From Octopus vulgaris (taxonomy: Eukaryota), in contig OX597821.1 of the NCBI GenBank assembly GCA_951406725.2, positions 116,932,001 to 116,996,000 of the forward strand: 64,000 bases of DNA. Direction: 5' to 3'. This document shows, piece after piece, positions 14,091-27,455 of this stretch; position 1 is the first letter of the stretch; each line of letters opens with the position of its first letter. Made by a program: the position numbers and the translations under genes. The notes below the pieces were generated by a model, which saw only the letters and a program-made list of their open reading frames with translations, did no database searches and was not told the origin of the DNA.

Positions 14091-14409
14091 TGTTGAATAA
14101 AGCATCTTGTGTCGGAGATACCTGCATACAATTTTTACTTTTTTTTACCTTTTATCCTTCGTAAGGTCAACGAAAACAACTGGAATAAAAGTGGTTGGTT
14201 TGTAATATTCCTATAAAACTTTCTAAATATGAAGGGAATTAATTGTAAAAGAAAATAATAATGATGATGATGATAAAACTACAGAATTTTCTCAAGAAAA
14301 CCAGGAGAAAAAGATGTTTTATGTAACACGCTACCAGTATACGAAGTTTAAAAGTGTTTAGTTACAAAGAAATTATTTTTAAAATCTGCCGGTCAAAGTG
14401 AAAAGATCC

Positions 14410-14489
<80 letters not shown>

Positions 14490-14766
14490 GGCCGTCACAC
14501 AGATGCACACACGGCTCTCCTCCACTCGCGCTGCACTCATGTGTGTAAGAGACAGACATGCAATGAAAATGTTTCCCTCCGTTTCTAATGGTTAAGGATT
14601 TAGTGTTTTAAGATTGAGGGGGGAAACGAGACAGAAAGGGGGTGTGAGATAGAGCGGGAGAGAGAGAGAGAGAGTGTGTGTGTGTGTGTGTGTGTGGTTG
14701 CGGCATTGCGTGCATGTGGCTATGTGAATTTAAGAGAAACGATAGTTGCATTTCGGGTGAGAGAGT

Positions 14767-14799
<33 letters not shown>

Positions 14800-15198
14800 T
14801 AATGTAAGAGAGTGTCGTGGCGGGGAAAATGTGACGAGAGAGAAGGAGGAGTAGAGGAAGTGAAGAAGGAGAAGAATGAGAACAGTTGGTGGTGGGAGGA
14901 AGGAAAGCAGAGCAAGGTAATCTTGACCGAGATTCAATAGAGATAAAGAGAGAGAGAGAGAGAGAGGGGGTGGTGAACGAGTAAGTTAATGGAAATACAG
15001 AGTAGAAGAGGAGAAGAGGTGATGAAAATAGAAGGAAAAATGAGAGAGTAAGTTGTGTGAAAGAAAGATGAGGGTGAGAGTGTAACGAGAGCGAAGAAAA
15101 AGTACAGAGATGAAAGAGAAGGGGCGAAAAAAATTAGGGGAAAACAGTTGGAAAAGTTGAGAATGAAATATAAAAACAGGGAGATATGCAGGCAGACG

Positions 15199-15486
<288 letters not shown>

Positions 15487-16036
15487 AATTTCTTTTTGCT
15501 CTCTCTCTCTCTATCTTCGTTGAAATAAGAAAAAGGTATTAAGAAAGACAGACATAAAATAAAAGGAAGAAAACGAGAGAGAAGGGAAAGAATGTTTGGT
15601 TAATTAGAGAAAAGAAAGAAAAACGAGGTAGGAAGAGGAGGAATTGAATGAAAACATGAAAACAATAGTACAAATAGAGTGAATGCAGTCTGTCATATGT
15701 AATGAGAAAAAGAGAGGTGAGATTCAACAATTTGACAAAACTTGCAGGTTTTCTAGTCTTGGATTAAATATTTTCTTTTAGGTTTGTCTTCCATTCTACC
15801 TTTCTTTCTCATAGTTGTTTTATTTAATTTCTTTCTAACTTCTTTCTAGTCTTCTCTCCAAAACCTACACTTCTTTCGTATTTATTCTCTATAACAACGT
15901 ATCTCTTTCTCTCTCGGTGTGTGTGTGTGTGTGTGTGTCTCTTATTATTATTAAACTTTGTCAAAACTAGTTGGATCGGTACCTTTCGCTCTCAAGTTAA
16001 TCCCAACCCACGACCAATGCAACAAATCATTTATGA

Positions 16037-16088
<52 letters not shown>

Positions 16089-16607
16089 GCACACACACAC
16101 ACACACACAAGCACACATCATACACGCAGGCAAACCTCGCTCACTCCTCTTTTTGAAATGTTGTTCTTGTTATGCCGGTTTGTCACCGCTTACCTTCTTT
16201 CTTTAATTCGCTCACGCAAAATGGGCACGATCTCCCCCTCATATGAAATGAACACACACTCGCATATACTTGCATGCACATTGTCGCCCACTCTTTTACA
16301 CATACACTCACACACATACATACACATTGTTTTTTCATCTTTCGTTTGTCATTGGACTACTGCGGCCATACTGGGGCACCGCCTTTAAGAGTTTTTGTCT
16401 TTTTTTTTTTTTTTAGTCGGACGAATTGACCTTAGTAATTATTTTCTTTTAAGCTTGGTTCTTCTTATTCTATCCGTCTTTTATGCCAAACGTCCAAGCC
16501 ACGGGGCCGCAAACAAACCAATACCGATCGTCAAAAAGTGGTGGGAGAGAAACGCGCAAAGACGTTATCATACACATAAACACACACACACACACACTTA
16601 TACACAT

Positions 16608-16652
<45 letters not shown>

Positions 16653-16949
16653 CGACAGGCTATATTTATATTTAGACATGCTCACATGCACAAACAATGT
16701 GTTTATGCACGGACGGACGCACCCTGTGGTAACAGGTTTTACACAAGCAAACAACATTCAGAGAAGCACAATCAAGTTTTACTCACACATCAAACATACA
16801 CACAGACATGTAACGACACACGCATAGAAAGGAAAGAGGAAAAGACACACACACTGTTATAATAAAGGTACGCCATAAGACATGCGATAGACATTCGCGC
16901 CCACACGTAAGAGATAGTGATGCATGTATGCACACACCTCCACATTTAG

Positions 16950-17530
16950 AGATGGGATAGTGTTATAAGAAGTGAGAGGGGAGAAGTGAGAGACGGGAAA
17001 AGAAAATAGGAATACAACTGAGGGAGGGGTGTGAGAAAAGGAGGAAGAGAGAGAGAAAGTCAATGAGAAAGAGAAAATAATTAGAATGAAACGAACATGT
17101 AAGAGATAGAGATATAATAAGAGAGAAATAGAGAGGGATAATTAAGAGTGAAAGCAGCACCGGAGGAGGGGGAGAAAAGGAGGGAAATACAGAATGATTA
17201 AGAGGAGAAGGGGAAGAAAAAGAAAGAAGTGCAGAAGGTTTGAGACAGGGAGTTGAGTGGGAGAATAACAAGAGGAAAGTACAAAGAGATTGAGAGGGGA
17301 AGAGGAGAAATAACCGAAAAAATAAAACGAGTGTGATATAGAGATTGAGAGGAGGAGGAGAAAAATTAGGAAAATGCAGAGAGATTGATAGGGAAACGAG
17401 AGTAGGAGGAAGAAAAAGCAGAGAAATACGGAGAGAGTGAGAGGAGGAGAAGGAGGGGCATAAGGCCTTATCGGCGAATCTAGTGAGAGAGAGAGAGAGG
17501 AGACGACGAAAAAAAACGACTATTATTACC
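16950..17530 (+). promoter_or_regulatory. Purine-rich (GA) tract, candidate promoter region of the neurexin-like gene
   Basis: About 580 nt of non-periodic, strongly A/G-skewed sequence ~1.1 kb upstream of the ATG, switching abruptly to T-rich sequence at ~17520. The promoter role is positional inference only. Confidence 0.3.
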
Positions 17531-18045
17531 AAGTTAGTTCTTAGTTTTGCCGGTGGAAGTTGGTTTTAGGTGTCGGCAGTGACTTTATACACGAGCCTCT
17601 GCTGTTATTGTCTGTCTGTGTACGTCTGATAAAAACTTTCCTCTTGTTTTTCTTTTTTTTTTTTCCAACTTTATATCGTTATTATTCGGAAGCTGAGAAG
17701 CCCTACACCTCAATTAACTTTTATATCAACCACAGTGGATTATTACTATTACTCTTATTATCCTAACAACTTGTGGAATACTCTGTATGTTGCTCTTTCT
17801 TTCTTTCTTTCTTTCTTATTCATTTTAATGACTTTAAAACTTATCAATATTTTCTTTTCTCCTTCTGATGTCTTCTTTTACGCGCGTGCGCGTGTGATCG
17901 GTGAAATCCCCTAGAATTTGATGACCCCCCCCCCGAAAGTAACTCGTAAATTTATGTTAATTAACTACTAATTATTAGTATTAAAACACACACACATACA
18001 AACATGCATATGTATATATATATTATATATATATTATATATATAT

Positions 18046-18081
<36 letters not shown>

Positions 18082-18625
18082 AGTGTGTGTGTATGTATGT
18101 ATGTATATATACAAATATTTCAAGCATTTTCTATCCTTTTATGTATAATGTATATTGCCATTCTACCCTCATGATAATAACATGAGAATGCTAAATCTAA
18201 AAGAGTTTGTTTTCAGTTCTACTGTTTTATTTTGTATTTTTCTCTGTTTATACGTTATTCCTAAAACTTCGAATTTATTCTTTTCAGGTACTGATATTTA
18301 CAAAAGTGAGTTTATTGAACACAGGAACGTATATAAATAAACAGAATCTACATTCTTGGATCTTCCAGTCTTTCATACATTTTCTAAAAGGAAAAACTAT
18401 CTAAGGATTTATATATATACCAACAACAAAATCTACGGATTCACCTTGTTATAGTTGTTACCATTCGCTTGGCTTTTGTCTCCTCGCACAGGTATCGACC
18501 CACTACTGGCGGGACGAACCTCTTATGATCCAAGCATGTTTTGATTGAGTTTTATCAATGGTAACAGCTTTAATGTTGGTGAAACTTTAAACAAGGAAAT
18601 AATCACTCACAAAAAAAGCCCTACA

Positions 18626-19346
18626 ATGGCTAATCAAACTCATCGATTGACACTAGTGGGGCTAGTGATACTATGTTTTTGCCCATTAGTATCTAGTGTA
18701 TATTTACTGGGCACCGATACATCTTATGCCCAATTCTCGCTTTGGAATATATGTTTAAATTCCAGTTTGTCTTTTAGTTTCAAAACTTCTCAACAATCCG
18801 CTCTTCTCATGTACACAGATGACAATGGAGTAATGGACTTCTTTCAAATCAATCTGAAGGAAGGAATTATATCATTGACTATTAAAATTTCCAATCGTCC
18901 CGATGTGTCCCAAACTGTGAAAATCGCTGGACCGTTTCATGATAATCAATGGCACAGTGTTACGGTCAAACGAAATAGTGAAATCACTAGTTTCACGGTT
19001 GACCAGATCACGAAACAAATGCGCTTCGAAGGAACTGACTTCTTGTTCGGTTCGGAAAAGATCCATAACTATGTGTATTTCGGAGGTATGCAGGATCTTG
19101 ACAATAGTAAAGTGTCCAATCCAGAAGCGAAATATTCCGAACATTTCAAGGGATTCGTTCGGAATGTGATCTACGGGAATTGTTCTTGTATTCCAGTTCG
19201 TGCTGAAGTTGTCGGTGGAATAGATATAGATGATGGGGATGATGAAGCATGCAAAAAACCTTCGATCTGTGACAAAGGGTGTATCTGCATTCGAACGGAT
19301 AATGGATACGGCTGTGATTGCGTTTACCGGGAAACATGTTTGGAAG
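18626..19346 (+). CDS. NRXN: Alpha-neurexin-like protein, first coding exon (signal peptide, LNS1/laminin-G, EGF1); partial gene
   Basis: ATG at 18626 (ACAATGG) starts MANQTHRLTLVGLVILCFCPLVSS (signal peptide). SYAQFSLWN.CLNSSLSFSFKT...LLMYTDDNG..DFF.I.L.EG, DNQWHSVTVKRN and VYFGG match neurexin LNS1. An EGF-like Cys cluster follows, then a strong phase-1 donor GAAG|GTAAGG at 19346/19347, consistent with neurexin exon structure. Candidate acceptors end at 18287 and 18491. Confidence 0.88.
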
Positions 19347-19632
19347 GTAAGGCATTGTTCATTTCATTGTTTCCAAAATTCGAAGAATTCTGTTGTTTGT
19401 TTGTCGTCCGGCAACAGGCCGAACTTTGTTATCTTGCAAACATTTACACACAACTTTTAAACGAATAATACTTATGAATATTGTATACATACATGCAGCA
19501 GTGTATAAAAGTAGAGATAAAGTGTATGGTGTGTGTGAGAGAAAGAGAGAAGAGAGAGAGAAAGAAAGACAGAGAGAGACTGTGAGAAAGAGAGACCGTG
19601 TGTATGAGAGAGAGATATTGTGTGAGAGAGAG

Positions 19633-19693
<61 letters not shown>

Positions 19694-19894
19694 ACCATTA
19701 CAAAAGAAATAATAAGAAATAATTCATGTCACTTGTCCGAATCCCAGATGATCTTTCTGAATGTAGAAGTTACCAAAATCATCTAAACCAGATTATCAAA
19801 ACTGAAGTGAAACTACATAACATGATTATCTTGGGAAATCTGATCCCTAACATTAACTTTAGGAAGGAAGAATGGTAAAGTTAGTTTAACTAAG

Positions 19895-20035
19895 GGCGCT
19901 ACTTAAATACAGAGGTCCCGCTTAAATACAGCGGCCCCGATGCGTCTACGTAACGATGTTTTTACAGTGCACCCACGTTAGGGTTAGGGTTAGGGTTACG
20001 CAGATGCATCGGGACCTTCGTATTTAAGTAGTACC
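19895..20035. mobile_element. MITE with internal (TTAGGG)n, Merlin-like
   Basis: TIRs GGCGCTACTTAAATAC...GTATTTAAGTAGTACC with GG termini and an 8-bp TSD TAACTAAG/TTACTAAG. Confidence 0.65.
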
Positions 20036-20604
20036 TTACTAAGACCCTATGTGTTCGTAAGTCTGTGGTCCTTGTGTCTTGTGTGCTGCTCTGCAGGATT
20101 TCTATTATCAACATTAAAGCCTCCGATTTATAAAAAATATAAGAGATGAGATATTTTGTGATGTTTGTGAAAGGGTACTGGAATGGACTGTCAGTCAGTT
20201 CCTGTGTCATAAATTCTGATTTTGATGCAGGTATTTCGTCGTAGTTTTTGGTTTACCTATATAAGTGTGTCGCCTCCCTAACTTTGTTTCATCACAACTT
20301 TCAGAAAACTGAATATTTTTATTACCGAAATTTTCTGCAAAAAGCTTTCAGATAGTGTTGATAGCAACTATATCGGAATTTAATATATAAAAATAATTGT
20401 TTAACGCTCGCACACACGCACGAAATTTTAAGTTTCATTTTATACATACTGTATATGTGTGATGTGTGTCAGTGTGTATTTGTGCGCGACCACCAATTTT
20501 TTTGGCACATTAAATTTCTTACGTATTATTATTATTATTATTTTGATACATTAAATTTCACCAAAAATTACATTTTTCTGAAAGTTATATAAAAAGTAAA
20601 CATA

Positions 20605-20990
20605 GGCGTAGGAGTGGCTGTGTGGTAAGTAGCTTGCTTACCAACCACATGGTTCCGGGTTCAGTCCCATTGCGTGGCCCCTTGGGCAAGTGTCTTCTAC
20701 TATAGCCTCGGGTCGACCAAAGCCTTGTGAATAGATTTGGTAGACGGAAACTGAGAGAAGCCCGTCGTGAATATATATATGTGTGTGTGTGTATGTGTTT
20801 GTCTCCCCAACATCGCTTGACAACCGATGGTGGTGTGTTTACGTCCCCGTAACTTAACGGTTCGGCAAAAGGGACCCATAGAATAAGTACTAGGCTTACA
20901 AAGAATAAGTCCTGGGGTCGATTTGCTCGACTAAAGGCGGTGCTCCAGCATGGCCACAGTCAAATGACTGAAACAAGTAAAGAGTAAGAG
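20605..20990 (+). mobile_element. Full-length tRNA-derived SINE, family A
   Basis: A box TGGCTGTGTGG, B box GGTTCAGTCCC, internal TA/TG tract, tail GAAACAAGTAAAGAG; more than 10 related copies in the window. Confidence 0.9.
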
Positions 20991-22347
20991 AATCGGGGTG
21001 AAATGCGCCCGTGGAGATAATGCCTTGTTTTTCGTGACTTAGTTAAAAGAGAAGGGCAATACCCAGTAAACTTTTTAAAGGAACTCCGATTCTTGTTGGA
21101 GAGAAAAAGATAAGGAATCTTCACTCACACTTGCAACAGAATGGCATCTACTAAAGGCACTTGGGTGTAATGTGGTGCTTGTTAAAACCGGTTCTTAGAT
21201 CTCTACAGTTGGCTGTCAGGAAATACGTATTCTATGAACGAAACCTGATCAAAACTATTTTACTATCGTTTATGTTCGTCTCCTGTTACGTCATAAATAT
21301 ATTTTATAAATACTTTGTATCATATTTTTACATATCTTTTATGGTTATATGCTCTAGATTTTGAGTAACGAGGACACATTTTGTTGTAGACTTGTCCAGC
21401 GACGTTAAAAGGAAAGTTTCATACGATGATGTAGATTAATGACTAATTGTGATTCTTGGACAACTTCAGTAAACATTACTAATAAAGAGAAACTGTGAAA
21501 CTGTAAATAAATACAAATAAACTGTTGAGATCATCTTGAGAGAAGAAGGATTAGACTATATTTACACATCTGAGTGCATACATACCCATATATGATGGCA
21601 TATGACACACCTTTGTTTTAGGGTCCTTTTTTTCCCCCTAAGTCTCAAAATATGACCCTGGGTCCTTTTCAAAATGGGACTCATTCATATTACATGCTTT
21701 AATGCACTAAAAACTTTTTTCTCTCTCTCTCAGAGTACGCGCTACTGAATTTGAGGTGCGTCTAATATGCTCAATGCGTCATTTTTGCCATCAAATACGG
21801 TATATACAATAATATACAATCCACATGCACACACACACTCTCTCTCCCTCGTTGCTGTATTTCACTCTTCCGTGCGTTCGGTTTACAGGAATTCCCACTT
21901 TTCAGTTATGTTGAATTTTAGTTGATATTTGTGATGAGGATGCTGTTCAAATCCCCTCAGGGTTTCACCCCTGAGACTTGCATAATCACCTGCCTTATGA
22001 TCTGTAGTCATAAATTTGTAATCTGTTTATTTCGAGTCCGTTTTAAAGTCAATGCTTGTCTTTGAAGGAATAAGGTACAAGAATCGAAGATATAGTGTTG
22101 AACAGTTCTCCCTCCGAAGTCCCATTCGCCATGGGAAAAGGAAAGGGTTCTGAAGTCAGGACAATTAATATTACAAATTAAAATTTTGGAGAACCTTTTT
22201 TCTATATAGTTGTAAGAAACAAGAATACATAAAAAAGGTTTGAAGGAAAAGTTACCTTTTTCTTTCTCGTGGATATGGAACTTGAAAGTTCCGTTAATCG
22301 ATTGGATAGATAGGGGATAATCTGCGACAGTTCATATTTTATTCGTT

Positions 22348-22920
22348 GGGCAAGACTTCCGCCCGTTTCCCCACCCAAAACCACCCTTTTTTTTCGACAA
22401 AAACACCCCCTTTTCGGCTACGGGGAATACGAATCTGCCAAAAAAATTGGCAAAAATTGGCATTTTTAAATTACTCTCACCCCACCCCCATTACCTTCAT
22501 TTTTTTTTTTTTACTTTTTTCAGAAACTTTTTTTTTTTCAAAATATGCGGGAAAATACGGAGATTATGATTCCGAAGAAAATTTCCAAACATTTTTGTAA
22601 AATTTTTTTTTTAAGATTTTTTTTTTTTCTAAATATGCGGAAAAATACGGACATTACGATTCTGACAAAAATTTCTAAGCATTTCTGTAGCTACGGTCAG
22701 GGTAAGGGGTTTAGGGTTAGGGTTAGGGTTTTAGAGTTAGTATTGAGGGAAACGTCAAAATTTAAGAATTTGAAGGGGAAGGGAGGAATTTCGCAATGCC
22801 GATTTTTGGCAATTTTCCGGAACCTCCGTATCCAAAAACGGGGGTTTTTTGGCAAAATTTTTTTTTAAATAAACAAATTTTGGAGAAAATTGTGGGAGGG
22901 GACGGGCGGAGGTTTCTCCC
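22348..22920. mobile_element. Non-autonomous TIR element with internal telomere-like repeats
   Basis: Imperfect ~110-bp TIRs (GGGCAAGACTTCCGCCCGT... / ...ACGGGCGGAGGTTTCTCCC), an internal ~80-bp duplication, and (TTAGGG)n at ~22710-22730. Confidence 0.65.
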
Positions 22921-23564
22921 ATTTGCTTTTCCAATTATGGCATCCCAGGTTCGATCTCACTTGGTCAAGTGCCTGATGAGGGGATTTTCTACCTTTCCGT
23001 TAATTGTTTCCATGATCTATTTAGATTTCACACACACACACACACACACACTCAGCAACCAGTACATTCCCTCCTCGGTTATTTCTATTGCCACCCAACA
23101 TTCCTCTTACTGCCTGACCTTTAGCCTTTCTTTCCCTAAATGCACCCATTGCACTCACCCACTGTTTCTCTCTCTCTCTCTCTCTCGTCCACAGCCTCCC
23201 CTTCTCGGATGCCTTCATGGTATTAGCACTCTCCTCTTCCTATTCCTCCTCTGCGGCACCTTCCCATCCACTGCACCATCACCCTCTGCCACACTTTCTC
23301 TCATCTCTCCCCACACCCTCTCCACCTCCTCGACAACACGTCTCTCTCCCCCCCCCTCCCCCTCTGACCTAACTCAATGACCCAGCAACTCTTTCTCCTT
23401 CAGTGAATCTCCCAGAATTTAACTTCATCCTATTTCTATTGCTTCTTTCCTCTCCTCTTTCCTACACACCTTCTTATAATGTTGGATACTTATTGATTGA
23501 TTGATTGATTCTAGTTTCAGCCTATGAGCTGTGGCCATGCTGGGGCACCGCCATTTGTGGTGTA

Positions 23565-23634
<70 letters not shown>

Positions 23635-23710
23635 AGTATGTAAAATTGTAAATAATGAAATGTAAAAATCAGACTCGGTTGGAATTTCCTCATTTCCTTG
23701 ATTGATATAC

Positions 23711-23752
<42 letters not shown>

Positions 23753-23837
23753 TTATATCAACCCATGCTAGCATGGAGAACGGACGTTAAACGATGATGA
23801 TGATGATGATGATGATATATATATATATATATATATA

Positions 23838-24233
23838 GGTGCAGGAATGGCTGTGTGGTAAGTAGCTTGCTTACCAACCATATGGTTCCGGGTTCATTCC
23901 CACTGCGTGGCACCTTGGGCAAGTGTCTTCTACTGTAGCCTCGGGCCAACCAAACCTTTGTGAGTGGATTTGTTTGACAGAAACTGAAAGAAGCCTGTCG
24001 TATATATGTACATATATATGTGTGTGTGTTTGAGTGTCTGTTTGTCCCCCCAACATCGCTTGACAACCAATGCTGGTGTGTTTACATTCCTGTAACTTAG
24101 AGATTCAGCAAGAGACCAATAGAATATGTACTAGGCTTACAAAGAATAAGTCCTGGGGTCAATTTGCTTGACTAAAGGCGGTGCTCCAGCATGGCCGCAG
24201 TCAAATGACTGAAACAAGTAAAAGTGTAAAAGA
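23838..24233 (+). mobile_element. SINE family A
   Basis: Colinear with 20605-20990. Confidence 0.9.
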
Positions 24234-24325
24234 ATATATATATATATGCATACACACACACACCTATATTTAGTGTGTATATGTATACACATGCACACAC
24301 ATACACATACACATATAGATGCATA

Positions 24326-24431
24326 CGAGGGGTGTATGAAAAGTTTTGAGCCTTGAAGTTTTGTACCTTTGTCAGGAGTCTTGTATCATATTTTATTATT
24401 TTGAGGCTGAAGACTTTTCATACACCCTACG
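24326..24431. mobile_element. Mariner-type MITE (~106 bp)
   Basis: TA|CGAGGGGTGTATGAAAAGTTTTGAGCCT ... AGGCTGAAGACTTTTCATACACCCTACG|TA. Confidence 0.8.
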
Positions 24432-24439
24432 TATATATA

Positions 24440-24494
<55 letters not shown>

Positions 24495-25144
24495 TGACAT
24501 TCCTTGGAGACATTACAACTGGCTGTTCTGTGCTGCAAAATAAATCTGGAATAAGCATAAAAAGATCCCTTACTTGAAAAGCAGGTAAGGGTTAGCCACA
24601 GGAAAAGCATCCAGCCATTAAATCCTCCCTCTGTGCAGAACATTGGACTATGGGAAAACAGATGTTAACTCAATGAACAAATACAAATATATATGTGTGT
24701 GTGTTTGTGTATACACAGACATACACACATACAGGCATACATACAACTTGAATGCCTGTATGTATGCCTATATGTATATATCTGTGTATATATGTATTTT
24801 TATATGTGTGTGTCTTAATACAATTCTTTGTTTACACCCTTTCATGTTTAATATTATGTGCCACTACAGTTTACTAAATACACTCACACACACACATAAA
24901 TTCCCACAAACAATTTAACATAATTTTCATTCACATTATAGGATGGGTTGGTTCACTAAATGAAAGAATTTACATGAATGTTCAAAGTGAATATGTCATT
25001 TAATTGTTCTATTCCTTGCATTAATTCTATCAAGACAGAATATTTCTTCATATTTCTGCTCAGAATTTGGTAAGCAAAATATTATAAGCTGTCCGGGAGC
25101 ATAATGTGCTATTGCAGAGTGAACCATCAAGGAAACTTCTCTGA

Positions 25145-25300
25145 GCGGTTGTGTGGTAAGTAGCTTGCTTACGAACCACATGGTTCCAGGTTCAGTTCCA
25201 CTGCGTGGTACCTTGGGCAAGTGTCTTCTACTATAGCCTCGGGCTGACCAAAGCCTTGTGAGTGGATTTGGTAGACGGAAACTGAAAGAAGCTTGTCATA

Positions 25301-25361
<61 letters not shown>

Positions 25362-25585
25362 GTGTGTGTGTATATGTTTGTGTCTCTATGTTTGTCCCCC
25401 CAACATTGCTTGACAATTGATGCTGGTGTGTTTACATCCCCGTAACTTAGCGGTTCAGCAAAAGAGACCGATAGAATAAGTACCAGGCTTACAAAGAATA
25501 AGTCCTGGCTTGATTTGCTCAACTAAAGGCGGTGCTCCAGCATGGCCACGGTCAAATGACTGAAACAAGTAGAAAAAAAAAGAGT
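25145..25585 (+). mobile_element. SINE family A
   Basis: Colinear with 20605-20990. Confidence 0.9.
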
Positions 25586-26973
25586 AAAAATCAAAGACAG
25601 TGACTCTATCCTTCATATAGATGTAAAATGAAATGCCTGTGTATAAAAATCTGTGGTTGAGTGCATATGAACTGAGAAAAAATAACTGACGTTCAGTTTT
25701 ATGAATTCATAATTATGTGACTGATATCAAGTTACCATATTTCATGGCGTTTTAAAGACACATGGGGATATTCGACGCAGCCGAATATCAGCAGTGCATT
25801 TTCAGGAAAAAGCGCGCCAGGAACAAAATAAGCTTACAGGGGGCTCAACTTTGCATATGGGTGCCAGCATGATTTTATGAGACATCTTTTGGCAGGAAAA
25901 AAAGTGCATCTTATAAGCCTTGAAATGTGGTGTTGTTTTGGTCTTTTGACTTCGACATTTTTGTATGGGATTTTAAAGATTTCAGCAGCATCCAGCTTCA
26001 AATTTGAATGCAAAAGAATGGTTTTCATCTCTGCTCCAAGTTCTTATGCCAATTGCTAAAATCATCAAGTGATAAATCAGTGCCTCTACATTGTATTGAG
26101 TACTTCCTCCTTCCCCACTTTTTCATTTTTTAGATGGATAATACATATATATAAATACATATGATGATGATGATACATTCATGAATAATACATACACATA
26201 TAGACATTTACATATATAATATAACTTAGCAGTTCGACAAAAGAGACTGATAGAATAAGTACCAAAGAATAAGTTCTGGGGTCGATTTGCTTGACTAAAA
26301 GGCAGTATTCCAGCATGGCTGCAGTCAAATGACTGAAATGAGTAAAAGAGTAAAGTGTATATATATACACACATATATATACATGTATATACTTGCATAC
26401 ATTCATCATCACTCTCATTTAATGTCCATGTTTTCCATGTTTGCATGGGTCGGATGCATCTTGTTAAGACATATTTTCTACAGCTGAATGCTCTTCCTGT
26501 CACCAACTCTCACCTGTCGACAAACAAGGTGACTATTTCCCCATGACCAAACATGTTTTTCACCGAACGAATCGAAATGGATGACTCTGCTTGTAGTATG
26601 ATGAAGCTGATGTCCATCTGCACCTAACACACATTGTTAAGACAAGAAGGCACAAATACCATCACAAATGTGATGGGATTCTTTCAGTTTCTGTCTATCA
26701 ATTTTGTGTGTCAGATAGAATGCCTTGTTTTATTCACTGATTTTCTGTGTCCTTTAGTTCAAATCCCAATAAGATCAAATTAACCCTTCATCTTTTTGGG
26801 ATCAATGAATATCGGAGTCCATTCTTCTTCTCCTCACACTTCTTTCTTCCTTTTCATTCTGTAATATATCAGGTGAGTTAAATCCTGGTGAGGATTGAGT
26901 TCCACCAGGTTCAAAAACACAGCCCTAAACCTGTCAAATATCATGATGACACTTCTATAACTCTAGCAAGTTA

Positions 26974-27201
26974 TAACCCCTTCGTTACCAACCTGGCTGA
27001 AACCAGCTCTGGCTCTGTTGTACAAATGTCTTGTTTGCATAAGTTCTGAATAAAAATCTTCCACCAAACCTTAGTCACAATTTATGTTCCTAACACTAGC
27101 TAAATGATAACCAAGTTATTTTGCTAAATTCTTTGTTATATTTAAAGTAATTGAAAGAAATACAGAGCATCTCAAAATAAATACAGTAATGAAAGGGTTA
27201 A
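26974..27201. mobile_element. piggyBac-type MITE
   Basis: CCCTTCGTTAC ... GTAATGAAAGGG|TTAA; near-identical to 44102-44329. Confidence 0.8.
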
Positions 27202-27250
27202 GGACCTACAGTATGCAAATATACAAGAATTCAAAACTTTACATCCTTTA

Positions 27251-27455
27251 CGGTAATCCCTCCCCATATCGTAGTTCACCTGTCACACCCTCAGTACATC
27301 GTGGATTTTTCTGGCTAATATATGGAAATTTATATCACAGACTCCTCAGTATATCCAGGTTTCTGTGGCCGATAGGTATTTAGATTTTTTTAGATTTCAA
27401 ATATTTCTGTGGAAGGTTTTGGAACGTAACACCTGTGATAGTTGAAGGATTACTG
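27251..27455. mobile_element. pogo/Tigger-like MITE, internally deleted
   Basis: TA|CGGTAATCCCTC ... GAAGGATTACTG|TA; matches both ends of 43621-44730 in reverse orientation. Confidence 0.75.

Noticed and set aside
18545-18625. N-terminal extension of the 307-aa ORF
   Set aside because: It starts at TTG; the real start is most likely ATG 18626, immediately before the signal peptide.
19347-19468. C-terminal 40 aa of the 307-aa ORF as a secreted or truncated neurexin tail
   Set aside because: It lies beyond a strong GTAAGG donor, has no neurexin similarity, and I saw no canonical AATAAA nearby; treated as intron read-through.
22972-23012. CTGATGA followed by a weak stem
   Set aside because: No GAAA or stem III in the right position.
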